Source: a virus (Duplodnaviria; Caudoviricetes). From it: a stretch of 31,525 nt of DNA. Under the pieces are notes generated by a model, which was not told the origin of the DNA, searched no databases, and saw only the letters and a list, made by a program, of their open reading frames with translations. How positions within the stretch are numbered: the stretch's first letter is position 1; every line of letters starts with the position of its first letter. A program made the position numbers and the translations under genes. Where the stretch lies: positions 1-31,525 of the IMG/VR virus record IMGVR_UViG_3300020045_003113, one strand, 5' to 3'. Positions 9,205 to 18,300 of this stretch are shown here, piece by piece.

Positions 9205-11166
9205 CTATTTAAGCATAATCTTTGTATAACCACCATAGGCAAAGACTAAATCAAATGCAGCACGGTTATTTTGTGCCGTTTGTTTATAATCTTTCAACGT
9301 CAGTTTAGTAATTTCAACTTCAACTGTATTACCTCTAGTGCCATCTTGTTTAAAGTTAAACCAAAACTCTTTACCAAGAGAATCTTCTGCATTAAACTGG
9401 TCAACGATGTTGGTGTTAGCTTCTGGTTCAATAATGGTAATTGTAACCTCACCAGCTTTAGCAGAAACATCCCAAGTATCTTCACAACCAGTCATGATAC
9501 GTTGATGTTCAAAACCATCCAAGTTACTACCAGTTAGCTTAAAGAAACAAATGTTGTTCAAGACAAGCCCAGAACCTGTTTCCATTAAACTAGCATTACG
9601 GATAGTATCAGCTTTCAGAACATAAGCCGCATCAGCTTTTTGTTGACTGATTGGATATGACAGTTCAGGAATGTTAGCAACATCCCAGACATTACCATGA
9701 TAGTTGAAAGCTACTTTAGGACGTTGACCAACTTCAAGTGTTAAGTCTAAGGTAGCAACTGCATCAGTTACGATAATAGCTTTCTGAGTGCCAACTAATT
9801 GGTCAGAAGACTTACGAACATGAAGTGTTAAAGTTTCATTACTAGCATATTCGTTAGTGAACTCAATACTAGCTACTACAGGAATAAGTGATGCAGTGGT
9901 AAATCCAACGGGTTGAACAACGGCACTAGCAGCATCCAAGTAGGTTTTTGCAGCATAAGTACCAGTAGTTAAGAGTGGAGCTAAGTTAGCTTCTCTATCT
10001 TCTGCTTGGAGATAGAAGTCTCTTGTCTTATCAAACAAAGTTTGGAACTCTTGTTCTACTGCTGGGTTACTGTTGGTAATTGCATTGATATAAGTAACGG
10101 TATCAATCAAAGTAGCTAAAGTTGCTACGTCAATTAGTGCAACATCAGCGTCAACAATTAAGTCATCAGCTTTCAAAGCTACAACTAAAGCTGCACCAGT
10201 TGGGTCGCCAATCAAGTTAATCTGTAAGTTATGCCACAGTTCTTTAATAGCAACACTTGTTGCAGTAACTTTAGCAATGATGTCCGCAGTTTCAGCTCTG
10301 GCAGATGTTAAGTTAGCAAGCAAAGTGCTAACAGCAGCGTTACCAGAAACACCTAAATCCAGTAAGTCCATCTTCTGCGCATTACGTTGTGCATTAACTA
10401 AAGCATTTTCAATCCAGTTAGTTTCAGTATAACCAACTTGTAACTGTGCTTCTGCTTTTCTGTACAAATCATACAAAGCATCTGTGATTGATAAACCAGA
10501 GTCCAAGATTGCATGAAACTTAGAAGCTTCCATGAAAGGGATGATAGGGATAGTGTTAATAGCACCAGTAGTTTGGTCATTAACATCTAAAGTAGCGAAA
10601 GCAGCTTGCGTACCAGCTAAAGTCAAACTAGCTACATTAGTATTAGCTACTAAAGCAGTTGCTAAGATAGTAGAAGGGTCTTGTGCATTAATAACATAAC
10701 TAAAAGCTACGTTCGGAGTTCCTGTAAAGGTACTATGTAACTGAGTTGGACTGCCGCCACCAAGATAGGCAACGAGTTCTTCTGCTAGTTGGTTAGGGCT
10801 GGCTAAAGAAGTAACAGTCATAGTTGCCCCAGCAAAGATGAAAGTACCAGATGATACACTATCAAGGAACTTTAATACTGCTGTTTCATAACCATAGATA
10901 GGTCGTCCAAACAAACTACCTAAACGTGGAACAATTGTCTCAGCTTTGACATCACAATACTTATCGGTGATAGTAATAGCAACTTCTCGTTGCATAATGT
11001 TACCGATGTACTGTTCTTCCTGAGACGTAATGTTATTCTCATAAGATAAGGATAGTGCTGCAAGTGCATGGGCAGAAGATAGTGTGTTAGGAATACCTGC
11101 ACCACCTGTTTGCACTGCACCATATAAGGCTACTGCCTTTTCTGTAAAACGTACGTTACTAGCCAT
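9205..11166 (-). CDS. Major tail tube protein with two large insertions (653 aa)
   Basis: Sits after the tail terminator, before the chaperones, and is followed by a terminator. Beta-rich tube-like N-terminus (1-90) and C-terminus (~432-653, LDLTLEVGQRPKVAFNYHG) flank the inserts. Confidence 0.8.
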   Translation of the reverse strand: MASNVRFTEKAVALYGAVQTGGAGIPNTLSSAHALAALSLSYENNITSQEEQYIGNIMQREVAITITDKYCDVKAETIVPRLGSLFGRPIYGYETAVLKFLDSVSSGTFIFAGATMTVTSLASPNQLAEELVAYLGGGSPTQLHSTFTGTPNVAFSYVINAQDPSTILATALVANTNVASLTLAGTQAAFATLDVNDQTTGAINTIPIIPFMEASKFHAILDSGLSITDALYDLYRKAEAQLQVGYTETNWIENALVNAQRNAQKMDLLDLGVSGNAAVSTLLANLTSARAETADIIAKVTATSVAIKELWHNLQINLIGDPTGAALVVALKADDLIVDADVALIDVATLATLIDTVTYINAITNSNPAVEQEFQTLFDKTRDFYLQAEDREANLAPLLTTGTYAAKTYLDAASAVVQPVGFTTASLIPVVASIEFTNEYASNETLTLHVRKSSDQLVGTQKAIIVTDAVATLDLTLEVGQRPKVAFNYHGNVWDVANIPELSYPISQQKADAAYVLKADTIRNASLMETGSGLVLNNICFFKLTGSNLDGFEHQRIMTGCEDTWDVSAKAGEVTITIIEPEANTNIVDQFNAEDSLGKEFWFNFKQDGTRGNTVEVEITKLTLKDYKQTAQNNRAAFDLVFAYGGYTKIMLK

Positions 11167-11318
11167 TAGTTAGACTCCTTAATAAGGTCTTCTGGTTTAA
11201 TTTCTTTCTCAGAAGAAGCTAAAGGTGCTTTACCACTTTTCAACTTCTCATCGGGTTTAAGTTCTCTAGGAACTATAGTTACTTCCTTTTGTTTTGGAAG
11301 TCTTACGGTAATAGCCAT
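11166..11318 (-). CDS. Small Lys/Glu-rich hypothetical protein (50 aa)
   Basis: AAGGAG-ATG at 11318 (MAITVRLPKQK..); TAATG coupling to the tail tube gene. Confidence 0.65.
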   Translation of the reverse strand: MAITVRLPKQKEVTIVPRELKPDEKLKSGKAPLASSEKEIKPEDLIKESN

Positions 11319-11328
11319 TAGGTTCTCC

Positions 11329-11772
11329 TTATGGGTTAAAGTTAAGTAAATTGTCAAAAGTAAAACCAAAGACTAACTTGGTCATTATACGTCCGTTGTC
11401 TGTGATGAAGTCGCCCGCTATAGCTGTAAAACTTCGGAAATTATTCTCTGTAGATACAAACTGTTGTGGTTGGTATGCATGGAGATGATACCAAAGTTTA
11501 TGTAAGTCTTTATGATATGTGAATACTGTTCCAGTGTAGATAGGTGCGACATAAACTACATCAATGAACATAACACATTGGTTATCAAGCTCATCTGCAC
11601 TACTTTGTAAGATTTCATTCTCTTTAGCTGGAACTATACGAGAGTAACAGACTTCAATGACAGGTGTTTCTTGTTCAAAAGACTGTCCTTGTTGGAAAAG
11701 TCTATTAGCTACCTCTACAGGCAATCCCATAGCTGTTTGCAAATAATTTGCTAGATGGTCTAAGTCTATCAT
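11329..11772 (-). CDS. Putative tail terminator (gpU-like)
   Basis: 147 aa, upstream of the tail tube gene; assigned mainly by synteny. Confidence 0.55.
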   Translation of the reverse strand: MIDLDHLANYLQTAMGLPVEVANRLFQQGQSFEQETPVIEVCYSRIVPAKENEILQSSADELDNQCVMFIDVVYVAPIYTGTVFTYHKDLHKLWYHLHAYQPQQFVSTENNFRSFTAIAGDFITDNGRIMTKLVFGFTFDNLLNFNP

Positions 11773-12086
11773 ACCAAGTTCACCAAGTTTGCAGTTATTT
11801 TAACCCAACCATAGACATCTACGAAAGGTTTCTGTGTTATCTTCCAGCTAAAAGTCTTTACGCCAACAACGACAGTAAAGGTATCATCTTTTGAGATTGA
11901 AAAGTTATTCCAATCTTCTTGAGTAATTTGCCAGTAGTGAACGATAGCTCTATGACTTAAAGTATCAACTTCAAAGTTAATGTTGCTAAAGTCTTCCCCA
12001 TTGATACCTTTGATAGTAAAGGTTGGGAAGGTTAATGGAATCCCAAAATAAGTTAATAAGTTATTTTTATCTTCTAAGGTTTCCAT
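11769..12086 (-). CDS. Putative head closure protein (gpFII-like)
   Basis: 105 aa, beta-rich, ends in ..DVYGWVKITA; neck-region synteny. Confidence 0.55.
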   Translation of the reverse strand: METLEDKNNLLTYFGIPLTFPTFTIKGINGEDFSNINFEVDTLSHRAIVHYWQITQEDWNNFSISKDDTFTVVVGVKTFSWKITQKPFVDVYGWVKITANLVNLV

Positions 12087-12092
12087 ACTTAG

Positions 12093-12314
12093 TCACTTTA
12101 AATTAATAGTACGTTTAGTTTCTCGCACCCTCTCAAGTATAGCCCTTTTACCATAGAAAATATCATATAACAAGTCTAAAGGTTTAAAGTACCAAGGGCA
12201 ATAAAATTCAGCACAAGCACTTTTACCAAACGGCGTTTGGATAACTTCTATATCTCTTATTTTTAACCACCATCTTGTATGACGATTAACTGTTCCTGTT
12301 ATATATTCAATCAT
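12093..12314 (-). CDS. Hypothetical protein (73 aa)
   Basis: GGAGATAAAC-ATG; no recognisable family. Confidence 0.65.
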   Translation of the reverse strand: MIEYITGTVNRHTRWWLKIRDIEVIQTPFGKSACAEFYCPWYFKPLDLLYDIFYGKRAILERVRETKRTINLK

Positions 12315-12336
12315 GTTTATCTCCGAAAGGTATTAG

Positions 12337-13017
12337 TTAGCGTTTCCATAAGTCTTTAAGTCTTTGGTCAAATTTAAAAGAATCTTTGGTTCTTCGGCTA
12401 TTTAGCAAGTAGGCGTTTGGGATGCCTGTCATTTGTGCTATTGGTTGTCGTTGCCCTTCTACCCAAGTATGTGGTTGAAGTCTTATGTATATTTTCTTAG
12501 AACCTTTAGGTACGAAACCTTTAATACGTCCTTTATACCTTGGGGTTACCTTAGTACCCATAGCTCCTTTAAATCTTTCAGCTTTATTACTATCAGAGAT
12601 GTGTGGGACGCTCTTTCTACTATTTTTTAAGATTGCTACGCGGGTAATTCTATGTTTACCAGACCCACCCTCTTCATTGACAGAGCCAAGATGTGTATCG
12701 TAACTAAAGCTAGTTAATTGCTGTGCTTCAACCTTTAAGGTTATATTAGCCAAAGTTCTTACAGAGTTTCCACCTAGTATACCCTTCGCAGTTCCTTTAG
12801 TAAGTGTACTCATGGTAACACCTTTTGCAAACTCTTTAGGACTTCTTTTTGTGTACAAATTTGCCGCAGTTTTACACCAATCATTTTTAAAAACAACTAA
12901 GTTTTGATTAAACCTTTCTATTTTTAAAGATGACTCGAGATTCTGAGTAAGCCACTTAGTTAGCTCACCTTTATTAGACCTTCCAGAAGGTGTAATAGGT
13001 AATGTAAGGTTAGACAT
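12337..13017 (-). CDS. Putative basic neck/tail completion protein (gpZ-like)
   Basis: Very Lys/Arg-rich, 226 aa from ATG 13017. The upstream extension in the ORF track overlaps the lipoprotein gene. Synteny supports the call. Confidence 0.55.
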   Translation of the reverse strand: MSNLTLPITPSGRSNKGELTKWLTQNLESSLKIERFNQNLVVFKNDWCKTAANLYTKRSPKEFAKGVTMSTLTKGTAKGILGGNSVRTLANITLKVEAQQLTSFSYDTHLGSVNEEGGSGKHRITRVAILKNSRKSVPHISDSNKAERFKGAMGTKVTPRYKGRIKGFVPKGSKKIYIRLQPHTWVEGQRQPIAQMTGIPNAYLLNSRRTKDSFKFDQRLKDLWKR

Positions 13018-13018
13018 A

Positions 13019-13180
13019 TTACTGCCCTTCCTTACTAATCTTGCTAGACTTTCTAAGTTCAATATCATGCGTGTAGCAGACACCAAAACAAAACAAATCT
13101 GAGTAGCTTACTTGTTTGGTTTGTTCGTTGCTACAAGCTGTTATAGCTATGACGAAGGCTACTATAATACTTCTAAACAT
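13019..13180 (-). CDS. Small lipoprotein, possible spanin component (53 aa; not in ORF track)
   Basis: AAGGAG-ATG; MFRSIIVAFVIAITA-CSNEQTKQVSYSDLFCFGVCYTHDIELRKSSKISKEGQ. Signal peptide plus lipobox ITAC; immediately after the endolysin. Confidence 0.75.
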   Translation of the reverse strand: MFRSIIVAFVIAITACSNEQTKQVSYSDLFCFGVCYTHDIELRKSSKISKEGQ

Positions 13181-13201
13181 AACAAACTCCTTTATCCGTT
13201 A

Positions 13202-13570
13202 CTACTTCTTTAATTGAAAGTGAACTCCGTCACGAAAATTAATCCAATCCCCGCCCCATTCAATAGCTATTCCAAGTTCTTTAGAGGCTTGTTTCATAGC
13301 GACAGCAATTTGTTCGTAGTATTTCCAAGTCCAATCAACTTTACCATTTATGTAAGCTACTAAGTCAACGGCTTCACCAATGATATGTCTGCTCTTGAGT
13401 GTTTGTGACTTACCAGCTTTAAACAACTCTTTCTGTCTTTCGACAGAACGTAAACCTTCTGTTACACCAAAGTCAATGGGAGAAATTTCAATAGCTTTCT
13501 TAACAACAGCTACTAATGCAGGGTCTACCCCTTTCATCTTAGCTATTGACTTATCACTTAACTTAAACAT
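13202..13570 (-). CDS. Endolysin, M15-family L-Ala-D-Glu peptidase (T5 lysin-like)
   Basis: DFGVTEGLRS..RQ..SRH..G.AVD..WGGDW..DGVHFQL zinc-peptidase motifs. Confidence 0.93.
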   Translation of the reverse strand: MFKLSDKSIAKMKGVDPALVAVVKKAIEISPIDFGVTEGLRSVERQKELFKAGKSQTLKSRHIIGEAVDLVAYINGKVDWTWKYYEQIAVAMKQASKELGIAIEWGGDWINFRDGVHFQLKK

Positions 13571-13589
13571 AGTAAACTCCTTAAAGGGT

Positions 13590-13625
13590 GTGGGCTATCT
13601 TAGGGAGATAAGCTAAGCAGCCCAC
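13590..13625 (-). promoter_or_regulatory. RNA hairpin between capsid and endolysin genes (no strong U-tract)
   Basis: Minus strand GTGGGCT-G-CTTAG-[CTTATCTCC]-CTAAG-AT-AGCCCAC. Confidence 0.6.
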
Positions 13626-13651
13626 GATTTCACAGCCTTACAACTGTAACT

Positions 13652-14914
13652 TTACAGGGTAGCCGCTGGAGCAGTAGAACATACTTTCCAACTAACTACA
13701 GTATCAATGTCAGTATGACCTAACAAGAAGCTAGAGTGAAGTTCCCACTCTGTATAACCTGTTTTAGTATTACCCCATTGATTCACCCAATACTTAGAAG
13801 GTAGCCAAGCAGCTTTAGGGTGCATGATACGACCATAGATAGTTTTACCATAAGACTTACTTGGTAAAGCTACTACATAACCATCTTCCCAATACTTAGT
13901 TCTAACAGCAGAGTCTATATTATCGTAAGTACCGCTATAACCAAAGATAGGAACTGTCAGCCCAGTGTCGTCTAACATATAACCACGCAAGAAAAAACCT
14001 TGGAAGTTATGAATCATATCCAAGACAGGATTAGTTATTCTTGGAGTGACGTTTTTGGTCAAGTCCCACAAATCTTTATACTTGTCAGCTTTGCGAGCTT
14101 TATCATACCAAGCCCAAGCATCATCAGACATAACAAAAGCTTCGGTAGAACCCGCACGGTAAGCACAGATTCTATCCATACGGCGTAGTTGCTCAACTGG
14201 GTCAACGGCTGCAACAGGAGTTACAGTTGTAGGAGTTCCAGAGGTATTATCTTTAGCATCCCAAGATAAACCACCTCCAACATCAGTTGAGGTATTAGCT
14301 TTCAAGGTTGTTAAGTCTACTTCTGGAATCCAGTCATTGTAAACAGAAGCTACATTAGCATTACGAGAAGCTTGGGTAGTAGCTGAGCTGTTTTCCAAAG
14401 TAGTTCTTCCCCAATCGAAAGTAACTAAAGGATGTTGTGCGTTGTCACCAGAGATAGCAGTTGTATAACTACCATGAATGATAAGGTTAGTAGCACAAAG
14501 TTCCTTCAAGTTTTCTAAACTCTTAACAGCTCTATCCATATCTTTTGCAAGAATCATGTCATAGTTAGCTTGGAAGTTCTGTTCTGCCCCGAAAGGTTGA
14601 CCGAACATACGTTGAGAAATCTCAGTTAAGTCTGGGCTTTCGACAGCAGCTTTAGCATAACCAAATGTCATCTCTTTAGTGCCAAAGTTAGGGTGTGCAA
14701 ACTTAGCGGCATCAATAGTTGGAGCTACGAAACGCGCAATAACATTATTACTACCAAACTCATAGTCAACATTTACACGGTCTTTAGTAGTTGTAACTTC
14801 TTCTCCAAACCACTGCGACATTGCCAAAGGTCTTGGCAAAGGGTTTGCTGAAATTGCACCATCAAGTGTTGGTAAACCGCTTTGATATGGTGTCATTAAA
14901 ATTAAATCAGCCAT
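13652..14914 (-). CDS. Major capsid protein, lambda gpE family (420 aa)
   Basis: IARFVAP, E..A...I..G.Y....DWGR, DP..L, YSGTY and YGRI motifs; follows the gpD-like gene. Confidence 0.9.
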   Translation of the reverse strand: MADLILMTPYQSGLPTLDGAISANPLPRPLAMSQWFGEEVTTTKDRVNVDYEFGSNNVIARFVAPTIDAAKFAHPNFGTKEMTFGYAKAAVESPDLTEISQRMFGQPFGAEQNFQANYDMILAKDMDRAVKSLENLKELCATNLIIHGSYTTAISGDNAQHPLVTFDWGRTTLENSSATTQASRNANVASVYNDWIPEVDLTTLKANTSTDVGGGLSWDAKDNTSGTPTTVTPVAAVDPVEQLRRMDRICAYRAGSTEAFVMSDDAWAWYDKARKADKYKDLWDLTKNVTPRITNPVLDMIHNFQGFFLRGYMLDDTGLTVPIFGYSGTYDNIDSAVRTKYWEDGYVVALPSKSYGKTIYGRIMHPKAAWLPSKYWVNQWGNTKTGYTEWELHSSFLLGHTDIDTVVSWKVCSTAPAATL

Positions 14915-15693
14915 TATACTAACTCCTCACCCGCTGTAGGTGTTACGATTTCAAACTCAGTACCTTCTACATACTTCTTACGAAGTAAAGGGGTTACTGC
15001 ACCAGTATTGTAGGCTGTACAAGCTACAGTAGTGCCATCTGCTTTAGTGACAACATCAACTGCAACATCTACACCCCAGATAACTTCACTTTCATAGGCA
15101 TAAACTTCTGTATAACCAGAAGATACTACATCACCAGAAGTTGCATCTACATCCATAGCTAAGATAACAACAGGTTTCTGGAAAGTAGCTGAACCAGCAA
15201 CCGTTGTTACAGTTTTAGTTAAGGAAGCATTAGTTCCTGTAACTGCAAAGTCTGTTACGTTAGTTAAACCAGTAGTAGCATAAGCCCATAAAGTAACTGC
15301 GCTAGATGGGTCTGCAACCAATTCCCAACCTGTTAAAGTACCTGTAAAAGTACCTTTAGTAGTTGACATGGAGATAAAGGCAGCTCGTACTTCTGCGGCA
15401 GTCATAGTAGCTGAGACTGTTAATGTCACACCAGCCATAATAACTGTGTCAGTTGCACCAACAGTACCACCAAGAACTAACTTAGCATATTCGGCAATGT
15501 TACCAGCCGCAACCATCTTACCAGCAGTATTGCTCATAAGAAAGCTTCTAGCTTTTAAGACTTGACCAGACGCAACTGTGATAGTTTGAGACTTCTCAGG
15601 TACAAAAGGACGATTTGTGGTTCTTTCTGGATAGTTCTTAAAACCAGCATCTTGTTGATGCTCCCAGTAAACCATTGTATGTGGACTTTCCAT
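14914..15693 (-). CDS. Head decoration protein, lambda gpD-like, with an inserted ~100-aa domain
   Basis: TITVASGQVLK.. and KPVVILAMDVDATSGDV..Y..EVIW flank an insert at aa ~67-168; located between protease and capsid genes. Confidence 0.8.
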   Translation of the reverse strand: MESPHTMVYWEHQQDAGFKNYPERTTNRPFVPEKSQTITVASGQVLKARSFLMSNTAGKMVAAGNIAEYAKLVLGGTVGATDTVIMAGVTLTVSATMTAAEVRAAFISMSTTKGTFTGTLTGWELVADPSSAVTLWAYATTGLTNVTDFAVTGTNASLTKTVTTVAGSATFQKPVVILAMDVDATSGDVVSSGYTEVYAYESEVIWGVDVAVDVVTKADGTTVACTAYNTGAVTPLLRKKYVEGTEFEIVTPTAGEELV

Positions 15694-16031
15694 TATTTAG
15701 CTCCTTTTTGTTTCAAGAAAGCAGGTACATAGTGTTCAGAAGCACCAGTTGCTTGTTCGGAAGTTTTGCCAAAAGGTACTATGGTAGTATTAATAACCTG
15801 TGACGCATCTTGGCTGGCTTTAATAGTAGTAAAGAAGTCTACAACATCTTCAACGTCCCATTTAGCTTTATTAACAGCTTTGATTGCTGTGTCATGGTCT
15901 AACCCGAAAGTCTTTGCAGCTTCCAGAATACCGATAGTACGTTCTCTGTCTGCTTTAGTAGCTAAAGCAGAAGCTTGTTTCACCTCAGTTTCTAAGTCTG
16001 AGATTTTTTTCAATGCTTCTTCAAGAATCAT
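15693..16031 (-). CDS. Nested in-frame scaffolding protein (Nu3-like, 112 aa)
   Basis: Internal AAGGAG-AAAACACA-ATG at Met256, after a Ser/Thr-rich linker. Confidence 0.65.
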   Translation of the reverse strand: MILEEALKKISDLETEVKQASALATKADRERTIGILEAAKTFGLDHDTAIKAVNKAKWDVEDVVDFFTTIKASQDASQVINTTIVPFGKTSEQATGASEHYVPAFLKQKGAK

Positions 16032-16796
16032 TGTGTTTTCTCCTTGCTCGCTAAGAGCAGATAGGGTTGGTAAACTTGTTTGACTAGATAAGAAAGTTTT
16101 ACTAGCCATTTGTAAGGTGGGTGTAAAAGAGTTTGCTCCAAACAATACTGCGCTGTTCTCAATTACGTCAACTTCTGTGGCATAAATAAAGTAACCTTGT
16201 TTATCTACTTCCGAAGCATTTAATAACATAGGATAGTATTTATCCCAGTTAGCTTTATAGGCTACATCTTCGGGTTCATCAGAATCTAAGGCTAACTTAG
16301 CTTGTTGAACTGTAAAACCAATACTGTGTTGGTTTATATTTTTGTTTTTATATCCAAGAAATACTTTAGAGTTATAGTCTTCTCGAATTGAAGTCTCGAA
16401 GATTAATGCAGTGGTACTGCCTTCCTGAGCTAGACCTAGTTCACTTAGTTGTATCTCTTGTGTATAAACCTTTTTAACATCACCAACATTAGAACCAGCT
16501 TTCCATTCATGGTCAGCTATATGTGGGATAGTTGTTCCGCGCATAAAGATACTTTTATCATAAGCATCTGGGGCAATAGCCATATCACCAAAGAAGATAG
16601 TATTAGCGGTACTTGCAACTACCTTAACATTTAATACACCATCTGAGCTAACTACAGAGTTATCTTCTGCTAGTATAGTTGGACTAAGTTTAGCTGTAAA
16701 AGTACAACTGTCGGAAACACTTAGATTACTTCTACGTTCAGCAAGTATCTGTGTTTCAGTAGCTTTAAGATGTGCGAATAGTTCTTTACGGTTCAT
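15693..16796 (-). CDS. Prohead protease (HK97-type/S78-like) fused to a C-terminal scaffold
   Basis: HIADH, HSIGF and IENSAV motifs (His/Ser/Glu catalytic pattern); helical C-terminus with DRERTIGIL. Confidence 0.8.
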   Translation of the reverse strand: MNRKELFAHLKATETQILAERRSNLSVSDSCTFTAKLSPTILAEDNSVVSSDGVLNVKVVASTANTIFFGDMAIAPDAYDKSIFMRGTTIPHIADHEWKAGSNVGDVKKVYTQEIQLSELGLAQEGSTTALIFETSIREDYNSKVFLGYKNKNINQHSIGFTVQQAKLALDSDEPEDVAYKANWDKYYPMLLNASEVDKQGYFIYATEVDVIENSAVLFGANSFTPTLQMASKTFLSSQTSLPTLSALSEQGENTMILEEALKKISDLETEVKQASALATKADRERTIGILEAAKTFGLDHDTAIKAVNKAKWDVEDVVDFFTTIKASQDASQVINTTIVPFGKTSEQATGASEHYVPAFLKQKGAK

Positions 16797-16816
16797 AAAA
16801 TTCTCCTATGGGCTGC

Positions 16817-16845
16817 ATTATACCATAATAGTTTGAAAGTCTATA
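16817..16845 (-). promoter_or_regulatory. Extended -10 sigma70-type promoter for the protease/decoration/capsid genes
   Basis: TG-G-TATAAT in the portal-protease intergenic region, upstream of an AGGAG RBS. Confidence 0.65.
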
Positions 16846-16851
16846 AGTTTT

Positions 16852-18300
16852 TTACTCTGTTGTGGTGTCTGTACTAGGGGCGGCAGTATCAACTATTGTT
16901 GGGTTATTACTTTTCATAACATACTCCCAAAGTCCCATCTCTTTCAAAGCTTTCATACTTGCTTCTATCTCTTCACGGGAAGTTCCGCGTTCTGCCCAGA
17001 TAGCTTGCATAGTAGTTTGACCACTCATAACTTCAAGAAGGTCTGCTTGACTATCTTTAAGGTCATCCACACCATACCAACGTGGTAATTGATAAGTTGG
17101 TTTAGCATTTGCAACTTTGTACTTAAGTTTAGCATAAGCTTGAAACCGTGTAGTTAAAGGTTTCATTTGAGTTGGAATAGTTATCATATTATAGATAAAT
17201 TCAACTCTATTTCTCCATTGTATAAGGATAGCCCGAATGGAGCTAAAATCCATACCAGATGTATCACCTTTTAACTCAAAGTACGGCATATTAAGTGCGG
17301 ATGCAACTAACTCAAGTTCACTTTTTATCATTGGAACTAAGTTATTACCGATGTCGGTGCTTTGTACCTGCTCAAGTCGTTCACCAGTTGCTAAGTAGTG
17401 TACATTACCAGAAGCACTTCGGAAGATGGTCTTTTTATTAACATCATTAGCATCTGTAGCACCTTGGATGGCTACACTACCAACTGGAGTTCTTAGTAAA
17501 GGAGAACCATCACTAGAAACTATCCAACTTACTGCGGAAGCATTAGTTTGTTGTTTGATAGTTGCATCACAAAGGTCTTCCAGCGCATAGATAGTTAGCA
17601 AGCAACTTGACAACAGTGGTATACCTATCCATTGATTAGCGTTCTTTCTTTCAAAGCAATTAATAATATCATTGGCATCAATGATTTCTCTTTTCCAACT
17701 ATCTTTAATTGGAAGTGGTTTAATACTAAAGTAACCTTCTTTGAAGAAATGGTAGGCTAATGGTTTAGTGTTTTGGAAGGTAATACCATACTTGGTTACT
17801 AGACTGTTTTGATTAAGCGAGGGGTTATCTGTGCCTGTATAGTTAATATCCCAATACTCTGCTGGAATACCTTGTAACTTAAGTGGGATTGGGTGGTCAT
17901 TAACTACAGTGTGTAAGCGGGTAAGTGCCTTACCAGACGCAAAACGTTCATGGTTACAAGCAACTTGCCAAGTATCAAGATTACCGAATCCGTCTAGCAT
18001 AGGATTCTCTGCCCAACTATCCCATAGCTCTTGCATTATGTTATGCTTAGAACCATCTGGAGAACTCCAAGTAACCTTAATACTACCTAGTTTAGTTGCA
18101 TACTTGTCTTGTGCAGAAGAAGCTACAGCGTTATTACGACACATATAGCGACTACGAGCTGTTAGAAAGAGTATCTCAGATACTCCTAGTGTATCAGCAT
18201 CACCAATACCAGCTTGTCTGTGGGCTAAAGAATACTCTGTACTAGCTGCCGCATAGTTACTTTGGTATAAATCAGCGACTATAAAAGTTGTGTCAGTCAT
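16852..18300 (-). CDS. Portal protein, lambda gpB family
   Basis: RSRYMCRNN, LKLQ.I, GIPLL, LKGDTSGMDFSSIR and PRWYGVDDLKD motifs. Confidence 0.93.
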   Translation of the reverse strand: MTDTTFIVADLYQSNYAAASTEYSLAHRQAGIGDADTLGVSEILFLTARSRYMCRNNAVASSAQDKYATKLGSIKVTWSSPDGSKHNIMQELWDSWAENPMLDGFGNLDTWQVACNHERFASGKALTRLHTVVNDHPIPLKLQGIPAEYWDINYTGTDNPSLNQNSLVTKYGITFQNTKPLAYHFFKEGYFSIKPLPIKDSWKREIIDANDIINCFERKNANQWIGIPLLSSCLLTIYALEDLCDATIKQQTNASAVSWIVSSDGSPLLRTPVGSVAIQGATDANDVNKKTIFRSASGNVHYLATGERLEQVQSTDIGNNLVPMIKSELELVASALNMPYFELKGDTSGMDFSSIRAILIQWRNRVEFIYNMITIPTQMKPLTTRFQAYAKLKYKVANAKPTYQLPRWYGVDDLKDSQADLLEVMSGQTTMQAIWAERGTSREEIEASMKALKEMGLWEYVMKSNNPTIVDTAAPSTDTTTE

